Positions 27,803-38,452 of a stretch of 64,000 nucleotides of DNA are shown here, piece after piece. The notes beneath the pieces were generated by a model. It did no database searches, was not told the DNA's origin, and was given only the letters and a program-made list of their open reading frames with translations. Numbering within the stretch: the stretch's first letter is position 1; each line of letters opens with the position of its first letter. The position numbers and the translations under genes were made by a program. The DNA comes from a virus: the IMG/VR virus record IMGVR_UViG_3300042453_002958, positions 1 through 64,000 of that record; one strand, given 5' to 3'.

Positions 27803-29904
27803 CGCTCTTCGGCGCCGGCTCCGGCCGCAAGCAAAAACACGCCGACCGCCACGACAAACGCAAGGCCGCAAGCGCCAGCCGCGACAAGGCGGTAAGCGCT
27901 GCCGGTCGCGACATCGGCGAACTGCCCGCCGTCGCCGATCCAGACCGCAAGGCCGCTTGCCGGCTGAACTTTCGGCTGTTTTGCGAGACCTACTACCGAG
28001 ACCAGTTCTACCTCGAATGGTCCGACGACCACCTGGAGATCATCGCGGCGCTCGAGGCCGCCGTGCTGCGCGGCGAGTTGCTCGCGTTCGCCATGAGCCG
28101 CGGCAGCGGCAAAACCGCACTGATCGAGGCCGCGGCCGCGTGGGCGCTGTTCTTCGGTCACCAGCAGTTCGTGGTCATCATCGGCGCCACCGAAGAGCAC
28201 GCCGCGCAGATGCTGGAAAACATCAAAGTGTCGTGCGAGACACGCGAACTCCTCGCGGCGGACTTCCCCGAAGTGTGCTACCCCATCGCCAAGCTCGAAA
28301 GAATCAACAATCGCGCCCGCGGCCAGCTGTTCCGCGGCAAGCCCACCCACATCCACTGGAACGGCGACGACGTGCAACTCCCCACGATCCCGGGATCGCC
28401 GGCATCGGGCGGAATCATCCGCGTCCGCGGCATCACCGGATCCATCCGCGGCATGGCCGTCACGCGGGCGTGCGATGGCCGCAAGGTTCGTCCGTCGCTC
28501 GTGCTCGTGGACGATCCGCAGACCGACAAAAGCGCGCGAAGCCCGTCGCAAGTCGCCCAGCTGGAAAAAGTTTTCAAGGGGGCGGTGCTCGGGCTTGCCG
28601 GCCCCGACGTGCAAATCGCCGGACTCGTCACCGTGACCGTCGTAGCCCCGGACGACCTAGCGGAGCGACTGCTCGACCGCGAGCGGAACCCGGCTTGCCA
28701 TGGCCGGCGAATGAAACTGGTCTACGCGTGGCCGACCGAGACCGAACTATGGGAGCAATACGCCGAGTTGCGGAAGGCCGGCCAGCGGAGCGGCGTCGGA
28801 ACCGCGGACGCCGACAAGCTGTTCGCCGACAACCTCGAGCGGATGACCGCGGGGTGCCGTGTCGGCTGGCCGGCACGCAAGAAAACCGGCGAGATCCACG
28901 CTATCCAATCCGCCTACAACCTCCGCATCGACAAGGGGGAGGCCGTGTTCGCGGCCGAGTTCCAAAACGAGCCGCTGCCGCTCGTCGACCGGGCCGTCGA
29001 AGAGCTCACCGCGCCCGAGATCACGGACAAAACCAACCGCTACCCCAGGGGATTCGTCCCGCTGGCGTGCCAGTATCTGTCGATGTTCGTCGACTGCCAA
29101 AAAGACGTTCTCTACTGGGCCGTGTGCGCGTGGGAAGACACGTTCTCCGGCTACGTCATCGACTACGGCACTTTCCCCGATCAGCGGCGGCCGTACTTCA
29201 CGGTCCGCGAAGTGACGCGAAAGCTGACGGACGTGTCCAAAGCCAAAAGCGTCGAGGGGGCGCTGCTCGAGGGACTGCACTCGCTGACCGCAAACTTCCT
29301 GGGCCGCGAGTGGAAGCGCGAAGATGGCGCCACCATGCGAATCGAGCGTTGCCTTGTGGACGCGAACTACATGAGCGACACCGTCTACCAGTTTTGCCGC
29401 GAGTCGTCGCGGGCCGGCGTGATGCCAAGCCACGGCCAGGGCGTCAAGGCGTCCAGCCTTCCATTCGCCATGTACGCGCGGAAGCCGGGCGACCGCGTCG
29501 GGCACTACTGGCGGATCCCAAACACGGCAAAGCGTCGCGTCATCCGCCACGTCATGATCGACACGAACTACTGGAAATCGTTCATCCACGCGCGGCTCGC
29601 CACGCCGCGGGGCGATGCCGGGTGCCTGAGTCTCTTCGGCGAACACGGCGACCTGCACCGCATGCTCGCGGACCACCTTGTCGCCGAGTATCGCGTCAGC
29701 AACACCGCCAAAGGCCGAACCGTCGAAGAGTGGAGCCCGCGGCCGGGACGGCCGGATAACCACTGGCTCGACTGTCTGGTCGGCTGCGCCGTCGGCGCGT
29801 CGATGCAGGGGGCGACGCTGTCGGGGTCGCAGGGATTCGCGGCCGCGCGAAAGCGGCGGGTTTCGTTCGCCGAGATGCAACGCCAACGGAGGGCCGGGGC
29901 ATGA
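27799..29904 (+). CDS. Terminase large subunit (GpA-like)
   Basis: MSRGSGKT Walker A, LVLVDD Walker B, C-terminal DNHWLDC nuclease. Confidence 0.92.
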   Translation: MTLFGAGSGRKQKHADRHDKRKAASASRDKAVSAAGRDIGELPAVADPDRKAACRLNFRLFCETYYRDQFYLEWSDDHLEIIAALEAAVLRGELLAFAMSRGSGKTALIEAAAAWALFFGHQQFVVIIGATEEHAAQMLENIKVSCETRELLAADFPEVCYPIAKLERINNRARGQLFRGKPTHIHWNGDDVQLPTIPGSPASGGIIRVRGITGSIRGMAVTRACDGRKVRPSLVLVDDPQTDKSARSPSQVAQLEKVFKGAVLGLAGPDVQIAGLVTVTVVAPDDLAERLLDRERNPACHGRRMKLVYAWPTETELWEQYAELRKAGQRSGVGTADADKLFADNLERMTAGCRVGWPARKKTGEIHAIQSAYNLRIDKGEAVFAAEFQNEPLPLVDRAVEELTAPEITDKTNRYPRGFVPLACQYLSMFVDCQKDVLYWAVCAWEDTFSGYVIDYGTFPDQRRPYFTVREVTRKLTDVSKAKSVEGALLEGLHSLTANFLGREWKREDGATMRIERCLVDANYMSDTVYQFCRESSRAGVMPSHGQGVKASSLPFAMYARKPGDRVGHYWRIPNTAKRRVIRHVMIDTNYWKSFIHARLATPRGDAGCLSLFGEHGDLHRMLADHLVAEYRVSNTAKGRTVEEWSPRPGRPDNHWLDCLVGCAVGASMQGATLSGSQGFAAARKRRVSFAEMQRQRRAGA

Positions 29905-30092
29905 TGACCGAGCAAACTGACGCCGTCGGGATCGCGTGCCCGCGGTGCGGGTGCCAAGATCTGCGGACGACAAAAACCATGCGAGTCCGCGACGGCATGA
30001 TCCGCCGCTACCGCTCGTGCCGACACTGCGGCCGGACGATGACGACGCACGAAGTGACGACGCGGCGCGAAGCGGTGCGTCGGCGCGGCTGA
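29901..30092 (+). CDS. Zinc-ribbon protein (Ogr/NrdR-like)
   Basis: CPRCG...RRYRSCRHCG...TTHE. Confidence 0.7.
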   Translation: MMTEQTDAVGIACPRCGCQDLRTTKTMRVRDGMIRRYRSCRHCGRTMTTHEVTTRREAVRRRG

Positions 30093-30208
30093 CCGCAGCC
30101 GTTTCCTATATGTAGGAAGACTCCAGAAATCCGGCGGCGGTGCGCCGCCACTTCGCGCGCAAACGGCGTTTCTTGTCTCCAGAGGAATCATCCTCGGGAG
30201 CGCCGCCC

Positions 30209-30409
30209 GTGCCGGACGACACGATCACCGACGCCATTCGCGAGAACGCCGCCGGCCCCGCAAAGGCCAGCGGCGACTCCATCTCGGTCGAGCAGCACTC
30301 GATCCGCGAGCAGATCGAGGCGGATCGCTACCTCGCCAGCAAGCGGGCCGCGTCCAAGCCGCACCGCGGCCTGCGATTTACCCGCATCGTCCCCCCGGGG
30401 GCCGAGTAG
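30209..30409 (+). CDS. gpW-like head completion protein
   Basis: Small ORF between terminase and lambda-type portal. Confidence 0.65.
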   Translation: MPDDTITDAIRENAAGPAKASGDSISVEQHSIREQIEADRYLASKRAASKPHRGLRFTRIVPPGAE

Positions 30410-31909
30410 ATGGGGTGGCTTTCCCGACTGTTTTCGTCGCCGATGGCCGCCCCGCGGACGGTCGCGCGGCATGCGCTCCGCATGATCCGCGGCAGCTATG
30501 ACGCCGCGCGGACGACCGACGACAACCGGAAGCACTGGGCGAACGTCGACAGCCTCTCGGCCAACGCCGCGCTGTCGCCGTCCGTCCGGCAGACGCTCCG
30601 CGAGCGTGCCCGCTACGAAGTCGCGAACAACTGCTACGCGGCGGGACTCGTGCGGACGGTCGCCAACGACCTGATCGGCACGGGGCCGACGCTCCAGATC
30701 GTCGCCCCCGACGGGCACGACGCCAACCCGATCGAGCGTTCGTGGTCGCAGTGGGCCAAGGCCGTGAAGCTCGCGCGGAAGCTGCGGTGCATGCGGCAAT
30801 GCCTCAGCCGCGACGGCGAAGCGTTCGCGGTGATGTTCACGAACCCGAAGATCGACCACCCCGTCAAGCTCGACCTCCGGCTGGTCGAGGCCGAGCAGGT
30901 GACGACGCCCACGCTGATCCGCGAAAACGCGGTCGACGGGATCGTCTTCGACGAGTACGGGAATCCGCTCGCCTACCACATCCTTCGCACCCACCCGGGC
31001 GACGTGCTCCACACGATGGAGTACGACGAAGTGCCGGCCGAATACGTCATCCACTGGTACCGGCTCGAGCGGCCCGGCCAAAAGCGGGGCGTGCCGATCC
31101 TCGCGCCCGCACTGCCGCTGTTTTCCAAGCTGCGGCGGTTCACGCTCGCCGTGCTCGGGGCCGCCGAAGCCGCCGCGATGCAGGCCGGCGTGCTCTACAC
31201 CGACGGCGCGCCGCACGACGAAGACGTGGAGGGCGAAGCGTTTGAGTCGGTCGAGTTCGAGCGGAATATGTTCACGACCCTACCCGGCGGCTACCGCCTG
31301 GAGCAGCTGAAAGCCGAGCAGCCGACGACGACGTACTCCGAGTTCAAGGCCGAGCTGATCGACGAGGCGGCGCGGTGCGAAAACGTGCCGAGCAACATCG
31401 CCCGCGGCAACTCGTCCGCCTACAACTACGCCAGCGGCCGCCTCGACAACCAGATGTTCGGCCGGTCGCAGCACGTTGACCACTCCGAAGTCGAGGAAGA
31501 GGTCATCGACCGCATCTGGGCCGCCTGGATCGACGAAGCGGCCCGCGAGCCCGGCGTAATCCCCGACGGATTCCCGCCGATGGCCGAGTGCTCCCACGAA
31601 TGGTTTTGGGACGGCCGCGAGCACGTCGACCCGAACAAGGAAGCCAACGCGCAGGCCACCCGGCTCGCGAACCTCACCACGTCGCTCGCGGAGGAGTGGG
31701 CCAACCGCGGCCGCGATTGGGAGAAGGGCATGCGGCAGATCGCTCGCGAGCGACAGCTGCTCGCCGAGCTGGGCCTGTCGCTGCCGGACGCCACGCAGGT
31801 GACGACCGCGTCGTCCGCCGCCTCCGCGCTGTCGGACATTGCCGACGGCGACGAATCCGCCGCCGGCCAAGCCGGACTCGCGATCGCCAACCGCAGGGGA
31901 GGCCGATGA
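30410..31909 (+). CDS. Portal protein, lambda family
   Basis: LRERARYEVANN, RPGQKRGVP, NYASGRLD, VDPNKE. Confidence 0.92.
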   Translation: MGWLSRLFSSPMAAPRTVARHALRMIRGSYDAARTTDDNRKHWANVDSLSANAALSPSVRQTLRERARYEVANNCYAAGLVRTVANDLIGTGPTLQIVAPDGHDANPIERSWSQWAKAVKLARKLRCMRQCLSRDGEAFAVMFTNPKIDHPVKLDLRLVEAEQVTTPTLIRENAVDGIVFDEYGNPLAYHILRTHPGDVLHTMEYDEVPAEYVIHWYRLERPGQKRGVPILAPALPLFSKLRRFTLAVLGAAEAAAMQAGVLYTDGAPHDEDVEGEAFESVEFERNMFTTLPGGYRLEQLKAEQPTTTYSEFKAELIDEAARCENVPSNIARGNSSAYNYASGRLDNQMFGRSQHVDHSEVEEEVIDRIWAAWIDEAAREPGVIPDGFPPMAECSHEWFWDGREHVDPNKEANAQATRLANLTTSLAEEWANRGRDWEKGMRQIARERQLLAELGLSLPDATQVTTASSAASALSDIADGDESAAGQAGLAIANRRGGR

Positions 31910-33975
31910 TGGACCGCAAGAGCCGTCGCCGACGCGAACGCATGATCCTCGCCGGGGCCAATCGCCCGTTCGAGCTCTGCGGCTCGGCGGTCGTCAACAT
32001 CGAGGCCGGCGCCCCCGACGCCACGGCACCGGCCACGGTGCTGATCGAAGCGTACTCCGGCGGGCTGATGAACGTGGACGGAATCGGCCAGATGGTGGCC
32101 GACGTGCGCGGCATCGAGGCCGACGGCCGCGTGGTGCTGCTCTCCGGCCACGAAAACACGCTCTCGGCAACGCTCGGCAGCGCGACCGTCCAGGTCGTCG
32201 ACGGCCGGAGGCTGATGGCCACCGGGACGATCAGCCGCACCAACCCGATCGCCGCCACCGCCATCGAGCTGAGCCGCGATAGCGTGCCGCTCCAGGCGTC
32301 CATCGGGGCCGAGCCGATCGAGCCGCCAATCCGCATACGGGGCGGACAGTCGGTCGAGGTCAACGGCCGCACGATCACCGCCGGCCCGGGGGGCTTCCTG
32401 CTCTACCGGCGCACCCGGCTCCGACACATCGCGATTCTGCCCAACGGGGCGGACGCAAAGACCAGTGTTTCCATCGCGGCCGAGGCCGCACCAAACCAGG
32501 AGGGTTTCGACGTGGACTTCAATACTTGGGTCGAGTCGCTCGGCATGGTCGTCGCGGACCTCACCGCCGAGCAGGTCACGCTGCTCCAGAGCGTCTACGA
32601 CAAGCTGATGGCGGCCGAAAAGGCCGACGACGCCGGCGAAGTCGAGACCCCCGAAACGACCGCGACCGTGGCCGCGTCCGCCGTCGCCACCATCCGCGCG
32701 CAGATGGCCGCCGAAACCACCCGCGTCAACGCCATCCGCGCCGTCTGCGGCGATCGGCATGGCGACATCGCCGCCAAGGCCATCGCCGACGGCTGGGACT
32801 CGACCCGTGCCGAGCTCGAGGTGCTCCGCTCGTCGCGGCCGCGCCTCCCGGCCATCCACGCCAAGGAAAACGCCGTGAACACGAAGATCATCGAGGCGAG
32901 CCTGTGCATGGCCGCCGGCATCAACGTCGAGAAGTCCTACTCCGAAGAAACCCTCGACCGGGCCAGCAAGTTCCGCCGGCGCGGCCTCCGGTGGCACGCC
33001 GAGCAGATCGCGGCGGCCAGCGGCAAGGCGATCGACGCCGATCCGGGCACGCAGCAGTGGATCCAGGCGGCGTTCTCCACCAGCGAGCTCTCGGGAATCG
33101 TCGGCAACGTGGCCAACAAGGCTCTCCAGGACGCGTTCGCCATGGCTCCGTCCGTGGCCGAGCAGATCACGGCGACGCGCAGCCACACGAACTTCCAGCC
33201 CAACACCGTCTACTCGCTCGCCCTCAACGGCGAGCTCCAGCTCGTCAGCAAGGACGGCGAGCTCAAGCACCTGCGGATGGCCGAGGAAAGCCGGACCCGT
33301 CAGGTGCAGACCCGCGGCGCGGTGCTGAGCATCACGCGGCAGGATCTCATCAACGACGACCTGAACGCGTTCGCGGACAACGCCAAGGCCATGGGCCGGA
33401 AGGCCGTCCACTCCCGCGAGAAAACGCTGTTCGCCGCGCTCAACGCGACGGCCGCGGGTTCGTCGTTCTTCACCACGGCCCGGGGCAACTACTTCGAGGG
33501 TGCGGCGACCAACCTTCAGTCGTCCAGCCTCGCCACCGCGGTGCAGATGTTCCGCGATCAGGTCGGCCCGGACGGTCTGCCGGTGATGGTCGACCCCACC
33601 ATCCTGCTCGTGCCGACGGCCCTCGAGCAGACGGCCAAGGAGCTCATGAACAGCCAGTACGTCGTCGGGCCGACCACGGCCAAGACGCCGTCGGCGAACG
33701 TGTGGCAGGGTTCGTTCACCCCGCTCGTGTCGCCGTGGCTGTCCAACTCCACGCTGACCGGCAACTCGTCGACCGCGTGGTACCTGCTCGGGAACCCCGC
33801 CGACCTCGCGGCCCTGGAGATCGCCTACCTCAACGGCCTCCAGACGCCGACGGTCGAGTTCTTCGGCATGGACACCAACCCCGAAGTGCTCGGCGTGTCG
33901 TGGCGGGTGTTCTGGGACTTCGGCGTAGCGCTCGCCGAGTACCGCGCCGGCGTAAAGAGCAAGGGCGCGGCCTGA
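31906..33975 (+). CDS. Prohead protease-scaffold-major capsid fusion (Mu gpT-like capsid)
   Basis: AYSGG, H and QASIGA protease motifs; helical linker; ITRQDLINDDL, LLVPTALE, AWYL, YLNGLQTP capsid motifs. Confidence 0.9.
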   Translation: MMDRKSRRRRERMILAGANRPFELCGSAVVNIEAGAPDATAPATVLIEAYSGGLMNVDGIGQMVADVRGIEADGRVVLLSGHENTLSATLGSATVQVVDGRRLMATGTISRTNPIAATAIELSRDSVPLQASIGAEPIEPPIRIRGGQSVEVNGRTITAGPGGFLLYRRTRLRHIAILPNGADAKTSVSIAAEAAPNQEGFDVDFNTWVESLGMVVADLTAEQVTLLQSVYDKLMAAEKADDAGEVETPETTATVAASAVATIRAQMAAETTRVNAIRAVCGDRHGDIAAKAIADGWDSTRAELEVLRSSRPRLPAIHAKENAVNTKIIEASLCMAAGINVEKSYSEETLDRASKFRRRGLRWHAEQIAAASGKAIDADPGTQQWIQAAFSTSELSGIVGNVANKALQDAFAMAPSVAEQITATRSHTNFQPNTVYSLALNGELQLVSKDGELKHLRMAEESRTRQVQTRGAVLSITRQDLINDDLNAFADNAKAMGRKAVHSREKTLFAALNATAAGSSFFTTARGNYFEGAATNLQSSSLATAVQMFRDQVGPDGLPVMVDPTILLVPTALEQTAKELMNSQYVVGPTTAKTPSANVWQGSFTPLVSPWLSNSTLTGNSSTAWYLLGNPADLAALEIAYLNGLQTPTVEFFGMDTNPEVLGVSWRVFWDFGVALAEYRAGVKSKGAA

Positions 33976-34041
33976 GCCGCCCCGTCGCTCGCCTGATCGA
34001 GACCACAACCACAACCACCCCAAGAAAGAAGGACCGAAGAC

Positions 34042-34371
34042 ATGGCGACTGCGGACTACATCCACTCCGGCGACGTGATCGACTTCACGCCGGGCAGCGA
34101 CACGGCGGCCGGCGCCGTCGTCGTCCAGGGCACCCAGATCGGCGTGACCAAGGTGGCCGTGCCGGCCAACACCCAGGGCACGCTCCACGTCCAAGGCGTG
34201 TTCGACATCGCCTGCGCGACGGGGACCACGTTCTCGGCCGGTGCGCTCCTCTACTGGAACGCCGGGTCGCAGCTGGTGACGACGACGAACACGGACGTTC
34301 TGATCGGCCGGGCGGCGGTCGCGAAGACTGCCGGCCAGCTCAAGGCCCGGGTTCGTATCGGCTGCGCCTGA
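34042..34371 (+). CDS. DUF2190 capsid cement/decoration protein
   Basis: GDVIDFTP...GAVVVQG...GVFD...G.LLYW. Confidence 0.85.
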   Translation: MATADYIHSGDVIDFTPGSDTAAGAVVVQGTQIGVTKVAVPANTQGTLHVQGVFDIACATGTTFSAGALLYWNAGSQLVTTTNTDVLIGRAAVAKTAGQLKARVRIGCA

Positions 34372-34397
34372 TCGGCCGTCCGGCCTAACTGAAAACC

Positions 34398-34440
34398 GAC
34401 GGGGCGCCGCGCAAGCCCAAGCACGGCGCGGCGCCCCGTC
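34398..34440 (+). terminator. Perfect 15-bp GC stem-loop after head genes (terminator or stabiliser)
   Basis: GACGGGGCGCCGCGC...GCGCGGCGCCCCGTC; weak U-tract. Confidence 0.55.
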
Positions 34441-34468
34441 TCTCGGTTCGCTCTACGCCGCGTGAGGG

Positions 34469-34843
34469 ATGGCCGTGTCCTCGACCAGTTGCACCGCCGA
34501 TTCGGTCGCGTTCGAGCGGCTCGCCGCCACGCTGCCGCTCGCGTTCAACGTGGGCGACGACTTCCCGTTTCGGCTGCTCATCAACCGGGATCTGACCGGC
34601 TACACGCTGGCCGCCACCATCGTCAACGCGTCCACCGGGGCCACGGCGGCCACGTTCGCCATCACGACGACGCTGACCACCGTGGCGGGCGTCACGAACA
34701 CGCGCGTCAACCTTTCGCTGACCGACACGCAGACCGCAACGCTCGTGCCCCCGACCCAGTACCGATGGAGTTTCCGGTGGACGACCCCCACCGGCGACAC
34801 CCGCACCATTCTCTCCGGCCGCGTCCGCGCGGTGAGGCGGTGA
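34469..34843 (+). CDS. Fibre base/adaptor-like beta protein
   Basis: GDDF...DLTGYT...LSLTDTQT...TILSG.V pattern preceding the fibre. Confidence 0.5.
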   Translation: MAVSSTSCTADSVAFERLAATLPLAFNVGDDFPFRLLINRDLTGYTLAATIVNASTGATAATFAITTTLTTVAGVTNTRVNLSLTDTQTATLVPPTQYRWSFRWTTPTGDTRTILSGRVRAVRR

Positions 34844-34847
34844 TGCC

Positions 34848-36758
34848 ATGAGCGACACGATCACGGTCGACGGCGGCGAAACGATCATCGTGGCGCCGGA
34901 CGCGTGCGCGACCGCTGACTGCGAAGTGCTCGTCAGCATCGTCACGGGCCAGGACGGTGCCGTCGGGCCAGCCGGACCGCAGGGGCCGGCGGGTGCAGCT
35001 GGACAAACCGGACCCGCCGGGGCCGCCGGGCCGCAGGGACCGGCAGGGCCAGCCGGGGCAACGGGGGCAACGGGGCCAGCAGGGGCGACCGGGGCCGCAG
35101 GGCCGACCGGACCGCAGGGGCCGGCGGGGGCGGCCGGTGCCGCCGGCCCGCAAGGGCCAGCCGGGCCAGCCGGCACGACGACCTGGGCCGGGATCACGGA
35201 CAAGCCGGCCACGTTCGCGCCGTCCGATCATGCCCACGGCGCCATCACGCCCGACGGAAGGATCGGCGACAACACGACATCAGGGCGATTCGTCGTCACG
35301 ACCGACCTGGGAGACCTGGCCACGGCCGGCGCCTCGACGGGCAGGTCGCTGCTCGGCCTCGGCGGCGCGGCGACGCTGAACGTCGGCACCGCGGCCGGCA
35401 CGGTGGCGGCGGGCAACGACGCGCGGCTCTCCGACGCGCGGACGCCGACGGCCCACACCCACGCCAACCTCGGCACGGAGGATGCAAAGCAAGACTTCTA
35501 CATCAACCTCGCCAACGGCCTGCCAAACATCGAAAACGGCGTGCCGACTGAGGTAAACCATCGCGCCGTGGCGTGGATTCAGAATAGAAGCCACTTCGGC
35601 GCGGGTCGGTTCAATCATTACGGCGAGTTCCCGGCACACGCCGGGCAATATAGCGCGACTTTCGGATGGGCCTGTCACGTCATCGACAACACAACTTCAT
35701 CGGACGGCAATCAAGCGAAGGGCAGTTTCGCCGCCGGTTACGGCAACACTGTCGGCGCGTCGATGTCGTCGGCGCTCGGCCAATACAACCTCGTCCGAAA
35801 CGTAGGGCACGCGATTGGCGCATACAACCAGGTCGGCGGATCGGGCGACCAGATTGTGGCGCACAACTGGACAAGCCCGACCGCAAGCCACTCTGTCGAG
35901 ATCAGCGGAAACAGGTCATCGACGTATCCCGTAGGCACTGTGGTTGCGGTCCTTTTGGCGAGCGCCTCGAATGTGGACTCTTGGCAGCCAAACAAGGTTT
36001 CGGCGGTCTCCTACAACGCCGGAACGAACAGGACCGTGATTACGCTTGTCGCGCCGGCCGAGTTTCAAGCGGCCACGACTGATTTTTTGGAGCAGGCGAG
36101 CGGGATCGGACAATCCAACGTCCTTACTCGCTCTCTGATCTGCACGCTAAACGGCGGCGGCGAGGGGATCGCGATCGGATGGCGAAACATCATCCCGACA
36201 TCCCGCGGGTTCGCAATCGGTACCGATCACAACCTGGTGGGCCAACACGGATTCGCGCTCGGTCGCCAGGTCGTGACGAAGAACGCCTACCAGGGCGGCT
36301 TTGGAACCGGCTACCTGATGAACGGCTCGACGCGGCATATCGCGCAGATGAATATGTGGTGCCTGAAGCGGCGCACCACCGACGCCACGCCGGCGGTGAT
36401 GACGATCGACGGACTGTCCACGGTGGCCTCGACCAACTCCATCATTTTAGAGGAGCGGTCGGTATATCGGATGCGATTTGAAATCGCCGGACGTGGGACT
36501 GGGGACATAGCCTACGGCGAAACAATCACGGCAACCGTCAAGCGAGACGGGTCTTCAAACCTGACGATTGTCGGGCAGGCGAGCTCTAACAAGCACACCG
36601 ACAGCGGCCTTTCGACTGCATCTGCCACCCTAAAAGCAAACGGGACGCTCGACTCCGTAGAGCTGGAAGTGACCGGCGTCGCTGGGACCACGATCATCTG
36701 GCACGCATACGTCGAGGCGTCGCAAATCTCAAACGACTACACGGCAAACTCTTTGTAA
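34848..36758 (+). CDS. Collagen-like fibre protein with YadA-like head repeats
   Basis: Gly-X-Y run (34964-35175), [25 protein letters not shown] fibre repeats, S.A.G..N repeats. Confidence 0.8.
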   Translation: MSDTITVDGGETIIVAPDACATADCEVLVSIVTGQDGAVGPAGPQGPAGAAGQTGPAGAAGPQGPAGPAGATGATGPAGATGAAGPTGPQGPAGAAGAAGPQGPAGPAGTTTWAGITDKPATFAPSDHAHGAITPDGRIGDNTTSGRFVVTTDLGDLATAGASTGRSLLGLGGAATLNVGTAAGTVAAGNDARLSDARTPTAHTHANLGTEDAKQDFYINLANGLPNIENGVPTEVNHRAVAWIQNRSHFGAGRFNHYGEFPAHAGQYSATFGWACHVIDNTTSSDGNQAKGSFAAGYGNTVGASMSSALGQYNLVRNVGHAIGAYNQVGGSGDQIVAHNWTSPTASHSVEISGNRSSTYPVGTVVAVLLASASNVDSWQPNKVSAVSYNAGTNRTVITLVAPAEFQAATTDFLEQASGIGQSNVLTRSLICTLNGGGEGIAIGWRNIIPTSRGFAIGTDHNLVGQHGFALGRQVVTKNAYQGGFGTGYLMNGSTRHIAQMNMWCLKRRTTDATPAVMTIDGLSTVASTNSIILEERSVYRMRFEIAGRGTGDIAYGETITATVKRDGSSNLTIVGQASSNKHTDSGLSTASATLKANGTLDSVELEVTGVAGTTIIWHAYVEASQISNDYTANSL

Positions 36759-36792
36759 TGCCTGCCAAAAACAGGGAGGCGGCGACGCTCTG
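36667..36792 (+). repeat. Exact direct repeat, copy 2; phage A/phage B junction
   Basis: Identical to 1-126. Confidence 0.97.
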
Positions 36793-36860
36793 GCCGCTCA
36801 AATCCCGGGGTTTACACCCCGGCGCGGATCGCTACGCTGCCGGTGAACGGGTGAACACCT

Positions 36861-37901
36861 ATGATCGAACACCTGCACCGACTCGCGGCCCACGCCTACT
36901 ACTGCGGCGAGCACGACGTGGGACGCCGCGCGTGCGAGCGGCTCATGCGCATGGACCTATCCCCGGAGAAGGACGAAGCCGTCCGCTCCAACCGGACGTG
37001 GTACACCAGGCCGCTCGGCGACCTGGTGGACGTGTGGCTCACTCCGCTTGAGCCCGCCGTCCGGGTCGGCTGGTCTCGGTTCAACCCGTCGGTCGTGATC
37101 CACGACGGCGTACCGCTCTACAACGTCCGCACCAGCAACTACCGGATCGACGACAACGGCCAGTACGTCATGCCGCCGGAAGATGCCGGCGTGATCCGCA
37201 CCGACAACCTGCTCTACGAGCGGCCCGGTCTCGCGACCATGCTGCAGTGCGACTACCCGCGGTCGCAGTTTCCGGTCGATGGGCTGGAGGACGTGCGGCT
37301 CAACTCGATCGACGGCCGGCTCTACGCATCGGCCACGCTCCGCAATCTCGACGGACAGGACGGCACCTGCCGGATGGCCTACGGCGAAGTCGTGGACGGC
37401 CGGATCGCGAGTCTCGTGTGCCACGACACGGTGGACGGCAAGCACGAGAAGAACTGGATGCCGATCGTGGGCCAGAAGCGGTGGCTCTACTCGTGCTCGG
37501 CCAACGGCCACGTCTGTCTGGTGGAGGATGCCGGCGACGACTGGACGGTCACGGCCTACGCCGAGTCGCCGCCGGTGGCCCGGGCGTTTCGCGGCGGCTC
37601 GCAGCTCGTGCCGATCGGCGGCGGCGAGTGGCTGGCGGTGATCCACGAGGTCGCGATGGTCAAGGGCCGCCGGGTCTACGAGCACCGCTTCGTGCTGTTC
37701 TCCGAAGCCGACTGGTCCATCGCGGCCGTGTCGCCGCCGTTCGCGTTTCGCGAACCGCGAAAGATCGAGTTCTGCGCCGGGCTGGCCCTCCGCGGCGGCA
37801 AGCTGATCGCCACGTTCGGCGTGCGTGACGCGGAGGCATGGATGGCCGAGATGGCGGTCGAGCAGGTGCGATCCATCCTGGAGAGTCCGACATGGGAGTG
37901 A
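36861..37901 (+). CDS. TPR remnant plus beta-propeller glycosidase/phosphorylase-like (GH130-like) protein
   Basis: FNPS, GLEDVRL, EKNWMP, RGGSQ, IEFCAGL, FGVRD motifs. Confidence 0.65.
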   Translation: MIEHLHRLAAHAYYCGEHDVGRRACERLMRMDLSPEKDEAVRSNRTWYTRPLGDLVDVWLTPLEPAVRVGWSRFNPSVVIHDGVPLYNVRTSNYRIDDNGQYVMPPEDAGVIRTDNLLYERPGLATMLQCDYPRSQFPVDGLEDVRLNSIDGRLYASATLRNLDGQDGTCRMAYGEVVDGRIASLVCHDTVDGKHEKNWMPIVGQKRWLYSCSANGHVCLVEDAGDDWTVTAYAESPPVARAFRGGSQLVPIGGGEWLAVIHEVAMVKGRRVYEHRFVLFSEADWSIAAVSPPFAFREPRKIEFCAGLALRGGKLIATFGVRDAEAWMAEMAVEQVRSILESPTWE

Positions 37902-38452
37902 GCGTGGACGTGCCGGCCGTGGACACCATCCGGGCACTGCTGGAAGCCAACTGGCGGGACGACGATTGGTTCGGCTGCGACAGCCGGGTGATCTTCCACT
38001 ACGCCATGAAAGCGCAGGTCTGCCGGCGGTTCGCGCCCCGGCGGGTGATCGAGATCGGCACCCGCTGCGGCTACTCGCTGCTCACGTTCGCGACCGTGGC
38101 CCCGCGGGCGTCGTTTCTCTGCATCGACGGGGCGATGGACGCCGACAGCTACGACTGTCTCGCCCACTGGCGGCGGCTGGTGGACCGGCACGAGATCGAC
38201 GCCGACCTGGTCGTGGTGGACTCGCACGCGATCAAGTCGCTCCCGCCGGCCGACTTCGCCCATATCGACGGCGACCACTCCTACGAGGGTGCCCTGGCGG
38301 ATCTGCGGCTCGTGGCTCACTGCCGGGCGATCCTGGCGGACGACTGCGACAACCGCGACGTGCGGCGGGCGGTCGAGACGTTCGCCCGCGAGCAGGCCCG
38401 GACGGTGGAGTATTTCGATGACGGGCTGCGGCAGGGGGCCATCCTGACATGA
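37892..38452 (+). CDS. Class I SAM-dependent methyltransferase (Methyltransf_24-like)
   Basis: VIEIGTRCGYS, HIDGDHSYEG, ADD. Confidence 0.85.
   Translation: MGVSVDVPAVDTIRALLEANWRDDDWFGCDSRVIFHYAMKAQVCRRFAPRRVIEIGTRCGYSLLTFATVAPRASFLCIDGAMDADSYDCLAHWRRLVDRHEIDADLVVVDSHAIKSLPPADFAHIDGDHSYEGALADLRLVAHCRAILADDCDNRDVRRAVETFAREQARTVEYFDDGLRQGAILT

Larger units (their letters stand above)
1..36666. mobile_element. Phage A: apparently complete, circularly permuted temperate siphovirus-like genome (36,666 bp unit)
   Basis: Bases 1-126 repeat exactly at 36667-36792; full set of packaging, head, tail, integration and replication genes lies between the copies. Confidence 0.85.

Noticed and set aside
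31426-34194. Long antisense ORFs (922 aa here; also 26401-28614, 5539-7533, 3876-5810, 61493-63385)
   Set aside because: Shadow frames of real plus-strand genes in high-GC DNA; no motifs
34964-35175. DNA-level tandem repeat element
   Set aside because: Explained by collagen Gly-X-Y coding
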